DNA of 64,000 nucleotides from Eutreptiella sp. 'Long Island Sound 2002' (taxonomy: Eukaryota > Protista > Euglenida), in NCBI GenBank assembly GCA_964036045.1, contig OZ038379.1, positions 65,472,001-65,536,000 of the forward strand, in the 5' to 3' direction. Below the pieces are notes generated by a model. It saw only the letters and a program-made list of their open reading frames with translations, was not told the DNA's origin and made no database searches. A program made the position numbers and the translations under genes. Each line of letters begins with the position of its first letter. The first letter of the stretch is position 1. Positions 11,053-22,965 of this stretch are shown here, in pieces.

Positions 11053-13395
11053 GCCTTTGTACGTGTATGAAAGGTAGTTTTGTTCATCATAAATTGTTTT
11101 GTAAAATATGAATGCATTTTGCTCTTGCTAGCGTACCCATGGGCCATTTTGGTTCAAAACTTGGGGGGCTGGGTCAACACCCTGGAGGTGTTTTTGTTTG
11201 TGGACCGGGGGTTTTTTGCGAAAAAAAATTACCATTTTTTCCAGTTTATGCAAACTATGAAAACATCCCTCCCGGTCATAATTCCATTCATAATTCCCTT
11301 CATAATTCAGAAGTCGTTTTATGAACGGGTTTTTCGTTTTATGAACGCATTTTATGACCGCCTTTTATGAACAGATGCACAGGCAAACAAAACTTGCTCA
11401 ATTTTCAATTTGTTCTGTCCACTTCACTGCTTTTCCTTGTCCCTTGTCCTTGATTGTTCTTGCCGCCCTAAACCTTGGTGCTAGGGCTTGGCCGGTCCTC
11501 CCAAAGCGGGGCCGTGGCCTGGGTTTCCCCCCCATTTGGGGCCTGGGCATGGGTTTTGGGCAGGGGGTTGTGTTGGCGGTTTGGCCGAGGGCTGCGCCGG
11601 GGCATCCACCTCCATTGCAGCGGCCTCAGGGGCACCTTTGGGCTAGGTCTGAGGGGCCTGCTTAGCCTCAGGCTTGGGATCAGGCTTTGCGAGCTAGGGG
11701 GCCGGCTCAGCCGGCGGGTCACCGTCCGGTTTGGTGTTAGGCTTCTTTTTGGCCTTGGCGGCCTTGTTAGCTGCGGCTGCAGCCTTTTGCTGCTCCCTAT
11801 GGGTCAGTGCTGAAGCATGAGAGGCATAAAACAGATGCCTCTCCACCCAAAACATATGCTTTCCCCCCGGGTGTCCGCCCCACACTCTCCCCCCCCCCCA
11901 CAACCGAGGTTACCACCCCCGGGTAGGCACCTTCGGCGTAGAGCACAAAAACCTATGCACCAAGCCGGGGGTCTGGTGGCTCATCCCCCTCCAAGGAGAG
12001 GGGTCCTTCACGCCGCTTTTGCTGCCGCGCCTGCTTCCCCTCCACCCACCTCCTTCCCGTGTCCACGGGGGAGTGCCTCGTCCGACGATGAGCTGCAGCT
12101 CAATTCGAAGGACTTGCGCTTGTGCGTTGGGGGCTTTTCGTGTTTGGTGGGTTTGGGTGGGGGCATGGTAGGGGGTTTGGGTTCGTGTGCGGGGGGGGGG
12201 GGGGGGTTGCTGGGGAGGCGGTGCGGGTGGTGGGGGGGCTCCACCCACAACTGGACTGCAGGATCTCCTCGTCACCACAACCATCCCACCCCAACTCCCC
12301 CAAGCTAGCCCAGCACGGCGTATTTGCCACCCAACGGTCCGTTAGGTGGCTGGACTGTTCCCACTCCCGCAACGTGGACATAATAGAGCACCCCCGTTGC
12401 GGGTTGAGGAGGAGCAGCTGGTACAGGGCGGACAGGGCGATATTGAAGTCAGCGTTGCCCAGCCGGTAGCGAATGCGAACCCCCGCGACGTCTGCTGGGT
12501 TCACTTCCACGTGCATGATTTGCGACATTGCCGTTCATAAAATGTGTTCATAAAGTTCATAAATGATGTTCATGGTTCATAAATCCGAAGTGCAGTGTCA
12601 CTGAATTCTGAATGGCGAATCATGAACGAATTATGAACGAATTATGAACCCAGATACCTCGAAATCCGGCTCTGGGCCAACGGTGCGCATGGTGCTCAGG
12701 GGGGTCCGTAAATGTGCAGTTGCGCTCGGAGGGGTGCCCTAGGGGGCGCCCGTAGGGGCCGTCGTGCTGCTTGCCGATTGCACGTATTGTGCCCACGACT
12801 GTAGGGGCCAACAGCTACCCGGCAACGGGGGGTCGGCAAATTCCACCAAGGGGGACAGCACAAGCGGCGCGGTCAATGACTACCACGTTCTTTCAAACCG
12901 GTCCCGTGTGGGGATGGGCCGTGGGAAGAGCAGCCCGGTGCGAGCGGTGTAGGCATCACCCCGGCGGGTGATGTACTGAGACAACACACGGAAGCCGGAC
13001 CGAGGTGCACCCAATTCCAAAAGGAGCCCTATCAGATAGGGTGCGGGAAAGAGGGCTTCCGCATACGTACGGATGGCGTGCACTTTTGTTTTGTGCACTG
13101 CCGGGAGGGGAGTGTGGTCCATCGCCTCCGAGAAACGGGCCCGGATGAGGGGGGAGGATGATATCCATTGGTCCAACAGGTCGAAACACTGGCTGTCCCG
13201 AAGATTGGTGGCACCACTCAGCCGAGCAAGCATCATGTTAAGCTCTGTGAAGACGGAGTAAGGGTAAGACATAAAAAAAACTCTGCACACAGAAGCGTTC
13301 ATAACAGCTATTCATCATTCATGGTTCATATATGAATCGTTCATATATGAGAAAGGAATTATGAACAATACTCCTTTTCATACAGGTTCCTAGGG
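11053..13395 (-). mobile_element. RAG1/Transib-like DNA transposon, internally deleted non-autonomous copy (A)
   Basis: Both TIRs present; 5' transposase exon (MSYPYSVF from 13272) joins ORF2 sequence near 12775, removing the catalytic core. Homologous to 41568-48290 and 61298-64000. Confidence 0.8.
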
Positions 13396-16197
13396 ATAGG
13401 CATGAACACGCCGATGCCGAGGTGAGGCCCCTGTGCTTCTATCATGATGTTGAGAGCGCGGATTACAAATATGCCCCCCCCACATCTGAAGGCACATGTA
13501 CGCAAAAATAGGGATTAGCCCCCACCAACCCCGGCCGACAGTGGACGCAAAAGAGTGCATGGAGCATGCAGTGACTCAAGAACGGTGTATTTAATTTTCA
13601 AGTTCCAACCCATTTCATGGTAACTACTAATGTGACCTGCCTTGCAAGTGAGCCTCCCTCACATTCTTTCAATGATTTTACCCCCCCCCCCCCCCGGTGA
13701 AAGTGGCACCCCTAGGGGGGGGGGTCAACAAGTGACGGTTCCTCGCCTCAAGGGGGGGGTTTGCAAGGGCATTTCAAGGCAATTTGTGATAGCCTGCACT
13801 GATGCATCACACGGTACACAAGTGAAGCAACTTTTGCATTGATGCCTTTCCAACGTCATGTGTGTGGCACGAATGTCATTGCGGGTCCAAAGCAATGGTA
13901 CATACTTTGTGGGTACAAAAATAGCACACTTTGAATTGTTACAAATATTTTATTAGCACAACAGGCAAAGGGCATGCGGTACTACCTAATGAGCAGGAGG
14001 CCATTGAGCATGGAACCAGTTTGGCAACCCCTTTTCATCGTGGTCCTGCAATTGGACCACCCTGTTTGCGGGGTTGGTGTTATTGCCTTGGAGGCGGACA
14101 ACAACTTTTTGGGGGTACCAAATCCTTTGGGGTCGAAACTTTTTGTTACATGTATGACATGTGTTATTGGCCGGGATTTTTGGTTGCGAAACGATAGCAG
14201 TACTGTGTTGGAGCATGCTAGCACAGGGGTAGAGGCTTAGATTCTTCAGATAGAAGGCAATGCGGTGACACCCCTTGTTGTTAGCTGTCAGCCCATCACT
14301 CAGGCTTCTAGCTAACCCCCCAGAAAAGCCCCCAAGCCTTCCCTCCAACCCCCCCCCCCCTCACCCACCCAAGGCACCCTTTAAGACAACCTGCAAGGCA
14401 CCGGATGGCGACAAGCCGGAATGCGAGCCCTCCTCCTACTCTAACAGTACTCTCGCACAACCGCTTGCCCAAGGGGCCCCTTGCTCCGACGGAAAAGGAG
14501 GAGAAGGCAGAGGAGAGGATGACAGAGAAGGAGAATAGGAAGGCGGAGAAGAAGCCAAGGATGAGCATTGTGAACGCCCGAGACAACCGCGACTCGTGTT
14601 GAGGGGCATTGGAGCAGGACACCACGATGCGGGTGCCATGGGCGGAGCGGGGTGTCCGATGAAGGTGTCTAATGGTATCTCACTGCAAGGGTCGGGGACA
14701 TGCGTCTTGTGGTTCTCTAGCCGCCCGAACCGGCCGGGTGTGGTTGCACAATATGGGCATTTCTAGTTGATGTTGCCGTTTGATCTACGCCACATTCGGT
14801 TGACCACCTGCCCTTTCTCCTTCGTGCTTGACATTGTGCGTGTGTCACAGTTTGGTGCGGACCGGGAATCTAATAGCACATCATGACAACCCAAGTGAGT
14901 TAGCCCACGGTGCAACGGGGTAGGTAAGGAATGCGGTACATGGGACAAGGTACCCCTCCATGGCAATCACATGTGGCCACCCCAAACGTCTTTTGCCCTT
15001 CTCGTCATGGCCCAGGTCTTTGAGTCGAGCGTATCATACGAGGACTGGGCACGTTCGGGTGATCTCGCTGATTTGCCGGAGCTTGGGGATAGCCCCCCCT
15101 TCCCATGGGACTCTAATGTGGAGACGACTCCCAACAAGTTGGCATTTCCGCAACCCCCCATATTAATAACACCCCCCTCTCCCCAGTGCCACCCGTTGCA
15201 ATGGTCACACCACCGTGTCCTATACCATCACCAGACCCCCCAACTAGCACATCCATCTCCGTACTAGCACCAAACTCCGAAGGCGCACTTTCCCGGATGG
15301 TAACCATTGAATTTCGGAGACCAAAGGCGGCCTCCCATAGGGCTCCCCTAACTCCCAACCCCAAATGGCTGCTGAGCCGAAGCGTTGCTAATGACTTTGC
15401 TGTCGTGGGAAAGGGCGTGGTGGCATTGCCCTCCGTGCGATGAACTTCACATAGCCCTTCCAGTTGTGTGGACAATGGGTAAGCACCGTCCCACGATGGC
15501 GAAAGAAGAAATTCAAATCCCAAAGGAACAAAGAAGTTGCAGAGGAAGGAGTGAGGAAGAAGGTCAAGGAAGAACAAGACAAAGGAGAGAAGCAAAAGGG
15601 AAGCAGACAAAGCACCTTTGATAGCGTCAGTTGCAGCCCCGCCAACCGCATGGGCCGTAGCCGCCCCCACCCCCTAGCCCCACCGGCTGTGCTGCACACC
15701 CTCGCGCCCCCTCTAGTGTGTGTCCCATTTGGTGGACCGGGGCCCCTTGGCCGAGGATATATACATTGTTCCGGCGAGGCATCCTGAGGGGAATATGGAC
15801 GTTGGCCATGGCTCTACCCCTGGGGTCATTTGCCTCTACTTGGGCATTGTCATGGCTATGTAGAGGGACATCATCGCTGCTGACCTGCAGGAGGTAGTCG
15901 GGGCCATTTCGCGAGACACCTTGTCCGCCTTGTACCAGTGATTGGTGTGATACCTCTGCGCCCTCCCACCACCCCCACCGCCTCCGCTGATGGGATAGTC
16001 CCCCTCCACGAGCCCAACGGTGTTTCTTAACACCACTTAGACAACAATGAAGTCTCAAAGGCAAATGTGTATTGCTTGGAGTTTGAAGATAATCCGTCAA
16101 CTATAAGCCCAGCAAGCAATGCATGGAATGTGCAAATTGTCGGTCAACTGAAAGCTCCGTGAGTAGTGCCTAGATTGTGCAGACTATCTGTCGATGA

Positions 16198-16458
16198 ATG
16201 CGCAAAGAGGAGTGCACCAAATCTGCGGACTATTCGTCAACCAAGAGCCCAACGAGTTGTGACTGGAGTATTCGTACTATCGGTCAACCTAAAGCCGGTT
16301 TTGCCTTCCTCAGATTCGTTGAGACACGTCATTCCATCATTTCATTGTCAATGGGTGGTTATACTATATGCAACGGCGTGCTTCTCTACCAAGGGAGGAT
16401 GCCTTCTCTCATGCTCCGTTTGAAGTTGCGGCAAGCGGATGGGGCACTGTGTACGTGA
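16198..16458 (+). pseudogene. Possible decayed RRM domain fragment
   Basis: KAGFAFLRFVETRHSIISLSMGGYTICNGVLL resembles RNP1 plus the following helix; upstream frame has stops and RNP2 is not clear. Confidence 0.3.
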
Positions 16459-19400
16459 CGGATTTTCTAGAAGCCGAGGCACTGCCAATGAAGGAGCTAG
16501 GTCTTTGTTGGCAACCGCCGAGTTGCTTGGCAGCATACCAATAGACGCACAAACTGCCCCCTCAATCCCTTACAAGTGTTGGCGAGCGGCGTGCTTTGTT
16601 TTCGGCATGCAACCAGGGCCTCCAATCGGGTACTCAAGATCTTCAACAAGATAGAACCTGGGGCGGGTTGTCATTCGAACCTTTTGGGGCTTTGGATACT
16701 CGTGTGTTGCCCCGGTATGATTATGCCTTTGAGAACCGCCACCTGCTTGTTAGTGTGGTTGCGCACTTATTCCACCAAAGCGGCCCCTTGATAGGTAAGG
16801 GCTGATCTTCAAACCCTCCCCAACAATGTGCCCCGGCACTAGCAATGTTTTGTTACGGCGTTAGCCCCAAAGGCCGTTGAAATGTGAACATCCAAGCGGC
16901 TCCAGTGGCCATGGAGGGCACCCTTTATCTTTTTGTGGGTATTGTCCCTCAAACTATTGGGGTTGTCATTTGGTGTGAAATATCGAAGATTGAGTACTAT
17001 GCATGGCTGGCGGATAATAGAGCCAAAGAGTTGAATGCACTAGTAGTGTGCCCCTTTTTTTCTTCGTGTCCGCTTTCACGGTTCTTTGCACCGCGCATAG
17101 GCCATAGTTGCCCTCAAATTTCTCATCGCTAACCACCATCGACATGGGTGGGAGCCATGGGGAGGCGCTTGTGTGGTTGGGCCAGGGAAGACGGGGTGCA
17201 TAACATTTTCCTGCGGGAAACCGCTGCCATCGATCAACAACGCTCGACAAAATTTGCTCCGTGACAGATTGCAACATATTCTTGCACTTGACCTAATGTT
17301 GCATAATAGCCATTAGCCGTACATGCGCTGTTGTTTGGTGGGTCCTACACACTGCACACACATAAAAAAAGGTTCCGGTATTTGAGTAACATAGCCCAAT
17401 ACTACCAAAGACCAAAGTGGTCCAGTGACTCCCGGTGGTTATAATCCGCAATGTGGGGCGGCTTCCGGACAGCAGTGTCGCTAACCGTGAGGCGTGGCGG
17501 CTTGTGTCCCTGCTCTTGCAACGGCGACCTGAAAATTCCTCTGCGGGGGGGGGGGGGGGGCGCGACATGGACACCCGCCGAAGGAGCGGGGGGGAGGTTG
17601 GAGAAAAGGGGTTCTGTGTCGGGCCCCTTTTTTTGTGTAAGACCTGATGTTGGCGCCGAAGGCGTAGGAACACAAAATTCGGCTCGAAAAAGGTTTTTCC
17701 ACCAATAGTTCCCCCCCCCTTTGACTAGTCAAAATCATCAGCGCGACATGGGTATCCTTTTGAGCCCTAGATGTTGGGTTAACCCCCCCCCCCCCGCACG
17801 GCGGGTCGGGCACCCCCGCCCTGAACCCCCCCTCCTGTGATGGCGGCCAATGAGGGGGGGTTTGAGAAAATAGGCCTCCGTGTCACCCCCCCGCCCCGCG
17901 CGCAAAGCGATTTTCTTCCCGCCAAGATGCGGTTTTGCCGCTGCCTTATGATGTTTTTTTTTGTGTCCACCTAGCACGTTGTTTTACCAATCTGAAGCAA
18001 GCTACTACAACCAACCACGACATCATGGCGCATTTAGGGCATGATGCACGTGTTCGTCATGCACCTCATCCTCCAATCCAGCGATGAAGGCTGTACTCAG
18101 TTGTCATAGTTTCGAACATGTTTGCCGGCAATATCCTGTACATATGAAGCAAGAGAGAGGGATCTTGGGCTTTTGAGGTGATTTGATGGCCTAACAGCTA
18201 CACCAAGGCAAGGAGCCAGAGACAGTCCCTCTTCTCCTGCGGGGCCTCCGCCAGTGTCCAGCGGGACTTGGAGATCCAGGCGGTGCGGTTGGAGACGGTT
18301 TGAGACCACTAGTTGAAAAGTGCGTGGTCTCACAAGGAACTCCACCTGGCCACAGTGTCCGACATCGTCCGCCGCCTCCTCCTAAAATGCAAATCTGTCC
18401 CTTGGCCTCGGGGCGTGTGTGGCAAACACCCATGCATCCAATGTAAATCGATCACCTAGCTCCGGTAAAGTGTCTGGGTTCACTCCATAATGTTCACTCG
18501 CAGCTGAGAGTGGCATCTGCTCATAGACGCATCAAAATTGCAAGATCACTCACATTTTTCGGTAGGCAAAGGGCGTACAATAGGTAGGCATGAGGCTTCT
18601 GCGGCTTAGGCTACTGCGGTCTCACCATCTTCTGGGAGGTCTTACTTGTAGTGAAAACCTATGTGAGGCGAACCTTGTGTTTTCCCTTTGCTGGACGCCT
18701 TTTTGGGTTTGCACGCGACAAACATATTCATGCTGGTCACATTCATCCAAAAAAAAACAAATTAAAAACACGTTGCATGTTTGCAGCACAATTCGTGCAA
18801 ACCTGCTAGCCCAGAAGATCGTGTGCCACGTGTTCCGTGCTGAGCGCCGTGCCAAATTTCTTAAGTACATCGTTTGTAGGATCACATTTAGGATCACGTG
18901 GGAACATTCACTGAAAGTTTCATCGTTTCCATGATTGGCACACCTATTAGCGAGTTTACCTTACACTATTTCCACTGCATGAATTAACCCCCCAAATTTA
19001 AGAACATACACTAGACCCATCCACACAACCAGTTACCCATGCCAAACAGCACACCGTAAATGTGCCAAGCCGCTCCAAATCTGTATGAAATTCGGTAGGT
19101 AGTCTCGGCCATCTAAGAATTGGCCGCACAGCGATTTCCACCGCCACTACAAGCACTAATGTGGTGCAAACTCAGAGCCCAAATCAAGTGATGCCGAAAT
19201 AAGCTCAATTGCAACTCAATCTTCCACATATGTACTGCTAATTTACTAATTGTTGCTCGCGGTTGAAATCACAGTGCCCATCCTTAATGAGGAGCAACAA
19301 TGTGCAAAACCGTTGCAACAATCACCGACGAAGTGGTCTGCGGCAAGGAGGCTAACTCATGACTCCAATTACGCATGGAATTATTCCATAAGCAAAGCAG

Positions 19401-20166
19401 ACGTTCCTTGAAGCAATAAAGAGATTAGTTGTAGCTGCAATGAGCAGTGGTCACAAACGGTTAGCTTTGTTCTAGACCTTGTTCCACATCCTAAAACCAG
19501 GGCACCACAAAGATGTGAAAGTCTGCTTGTTGATGCGCACTTGACCGTTGACAAGTGGTTCTTTTTTTTTTATATATTTGTTTAGCCTGTGCTTTGGAAT
19601 TCGTTGGGATTTGATGTATGTATGCCCAACGAAGTATGAATGCCTAACGCCTTACAAAATTGGACCTTGCAAGACCCAATGTGTTCTGTGCACAGATGTT
19701 GGGGGAAGGCGACGAAAGAAAGCCTGGTTTTTCTAGAAATGGATATGCGTGGACCCGCAAATTTGCTCTGGAGTCTTTCAGAATTTACATTCCGCAATTC
19801 AAGCTGCAAAAATCGGAGTAAGTGCCGGCGCCGATCTCAAGAACTCCTAAACACATTTCTTTGCTACGCCCAAGGGCTCTGCACATCATAGTCAAAGTGC
19901 TTTGTAGCTCCGTGCCAATGCACACCACAAGTTGTATATGATCTTTCATTTTCTGGTGACACCACGCCTAAGCTACCAAGCGCGTGCAAAAAACCAAACT
20001 CAAGCAATGTCTCATTGTTGAGTCACAACCCCGCCTTGAAATAGAAGGTGCCGTTTCTTCCACATGGGACTATCAGCGAGAAAGGGAGTGTTGCCTTTCC
20101 AACTCGATTTCTCTTTCCTGCACCTCCTCTTGTTTGAACAAATATTTGGATACAGTTTTGTGCTGC

Positions 20167-20365
20167 CACCAGTGCATAGCGTGTGCAGTAGCTACGAATT
20201 GCCCCCCCCCCCCCACCCCGCGCGCAACTCCCCCTACATGGAGACATGCCTCGCCCGCATGAAGCTGTAGGTTACCGAATTCATGTTGTACATACTCACT
20301 GGGCATGAATACCCATGCACATAGGAGGCTTGATGGCCTGACCTCAGTTTGGTGTCACCAAAAGC
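20167..20365 (+). repeat. About 200-bp dispersed repeat, copy 1
   Basis: Collinear with 22762-22965 (GTAGCTAC..ATTGCCC(n)..CCCTACATGGAGA..CCCGCATGA.GCTGTAG). Confidence 0.8.
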
Positions 20366-20479
20366 TTTGTGCTCTTTTATGTCCCATTTATTGTGGGCAA
20401 AGTGGGGCTCAAGTTTGAAGCACCTTTTTGGCACGTGGGCTTTTGCCTTAATTTTTGAATGAAACTAGGCTGAAAATGA

Positions 20480-21420
20480 CTCTTTTTGCAAGTCGAATTG
20501 ATTCCACCCCAATTTCGGAAGCCCAACAAGGCAGAGGTTAAATAGTCATTCTGAAAGTGCACCCATTTGCGGACCCCATGTTGGTGCTTACGTAGCCACG
20601 TTGATTCCTCCCCGCTTTGGGGGACCCAGAATGGTGGAGGCAACATAGCCTCTTTGATTTCATCCCGATTTCGGGACCCACAGGCAGCCGCTTTGAATGC
20701 ACCCCAATTTGGGGACCTTGAGATGATCATCTAGTCACTTAGATCCCACTTGGCTTTGGAGATCCGGAGATGGCAAGCACACCAAACCCCCGTCCCTATG
20801 CCTTGTGCACGTCACCGTCCCCCTCGCTCTTGCACCTCATCAGCCCCCCCGAAGGAGAAAACATGCGTCTTAGCAACATAGCTACTTTCAATGCTCCCCA
20901 ATTGGGGGACCCCAAAACGGTGTTGATGGCGTAGCCACGTTGATTTCTCCCCGCTCTTGGACCCCAGGGAATTCCGAAACCGCTTTGATTTCCATGCCGA
21001 TCCAGGAACCCCGTGATGGCAGGGATTACATAGCCATTTTGATTCCACTGTGGTTTGTGGACCCCCCCCCCCCGTGCTTCGGGGCACTCCGAGATGGCAA
21101 AGGGGTTATGCACCCACTCTAATTCCTCCCTGCTTTATGCACCCAACACAGCAGTCGTTGTGTAGCCTTGTTGATTCATCCTTGAGTGCCTGACCTCCAG
21201 ACATCACAAGCTATGTAGCCTTTTTGATTCCATCCCGCGCCCCCCATTAGATTTCTTCCCACGTTGCAGTCCGGGGGGGTTTTGCAGCCTTTTTGATTCC
21301 TCCTTGTGTTGCAGTGCCCAACACTGTGGGGGCTATGCCACATTCTTTTTGTTTTCTTCCTGCGTTCCGGTCCCCAAGATGGTAAGGGTTGTGTAGCGTT
21401 TTTGATTCTTACACCAGCAG
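20480..21420. repeat. Degenerate minisatellite-like tract with recurring TAGCC..TTGATT(C/T) motif
   Basis: Motif recurs about a dozen times at irregular spacing; minus strand reads (W/R)NQxGY repeatedly. Confidence 0.6.
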
Positions 21421-22761
21421 CCCACACAGTGGTGTCCAAGTGTCCTTCCCATGTGACGCTTTCCCATCTGCTGCATTCTCCAGCCACTAGGGGAATGTAA
21501 AAGCACCTCTTTGAGGCAAACACAGCATGCAATTCTATCCTGAAGGCTGACCCATATCCTATAAACCCCCCATAGTGGTCTGCAGTCATAGTGAGTGCGC
21601 CAATGAGTAGCAGCTGGTGCACAAAGCAAAGCAAGTGCAAGGGAAAGCACATCAGCCACTACAAGAGTGGCCTGGGCCATACCGAGCCATTACTTCTTGA
21701 CTTGTGTGTACATGTAACCCCACAACGAGTGACTTTTGTTTCATGATTGGTCTTTGGCCACTTAAACTTGTGGTTGTTTGGGGCTCTGCCGGATGGTTGT
21801 TTTGCGCACCCCATGCCGCCCCAAGGTGTCCCACTGCAAAGTCTCCAGTACCAACGGCTAGAATCCTACCAAACACATTCGGAATTTTTACTGTAAGGAA
21901 GCATGCACTCAGGGAAGGCTTTTGGCAACCCATCAACCGGCTGTTCCTATGAAAGGTGTGGGGCCTAGAAAAGGATCTTGAAGAGCACCCCTTGGAAATG
22001 AAAAGGTGGTTTGCTGTGCGTCAATTTGAAGTGAGAAACCACAATGTTGCAAGATCCTAACCAACCTCATCATCACTTGCCTCTGCATCCACTTTGCTTA
22101 TCCGTGTGCGCAACCCGGGCACCCACCCAACACCAAACCTCCCACATATGCAAAATGTATTGTTCTCTGACCAACACCTAGCGAGTGAGAAAGTCCCTCG
22201 CAATTGCCTGTGTGGTGCAGCAAAATGCTACAGGAGCAACGGCAGTGGTACTTGCAGAAGAAAATGAAAAGCAGTTGCGCATTGCAAAAAGCAGCCCCAA
22301 ATCTATCATGAGTAATGGTGGCGTAAGTTGCCCACGAGGACCATGGCATGTTGTCTGCATCTGGGACTTTCCTCCTTTACCCACTCTTCAGCCACCATTC
22401 GCTTACTGCTGTTGGACACCCAGTGCATGGGGAGTCGGGCATTAACCAAAGCCCATTCGATACGATGCTGCTACATGATGGTTCCATCAGGACGCTAGAT
22501 CTTGATATGCGGGAGGAGCGCCGAGAAGCACACATCCTCAGGCGGTAGAGTCGGGCTGAGCATCCACACCAGCATTGTCCCATCAGATGGGAGACCCAGT
22601 AAGTTGGATGCCGTCCGTGAATCGGAGAGCTTGTCACATTGGGGACCCTGTGAGTTGCACTCCGCAGTTGTCCCCATGCCCCGTCCCCCACACGAAGTCT
22701 CCCCCAGTATCCAACTCCTCCGATCTGAACTTTGTGGGCTTGATAGAGCCGTGGCAGCCTA

Positions 22762-22965
22762 CACCACTGCATCATGTGTGTGGTAGCTACAAATTGCCCC
22801 CCCCCCCCCCCCGCAGCGTCCCCTACATGGAGAGGTGCCTCACCCGCATGAGGCTGTAGTTTACCCAATTCTTGCCCTGCATACTCTGTGGGCTGAGTGC
22901 CCACGCACACCGGAGGCCGGATGGCCTAATGGCCTGAAGTCAGTCTGGTGTTAGCAACAAAAAGA
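22762..22965 (+). repeat. About 200-bp dispersed repeat, copy 2
   Basis: Direct-orientation diverged copy of 20167-20365. Confidence 0.8.

Noticed and set aside
11047-11053. CACTGTG (RSS heptamer complement) next to a TIR
   Set aside because: Present at one of five termini only, with no spacer-nonamer; likely chance.
12533-12650. GTTC...GAAC repeats as a CRISPR array
   Set aside because: Units are 7-8 bp and inverted, with no unique spacers and no cas genes, in a eukaryotic context.
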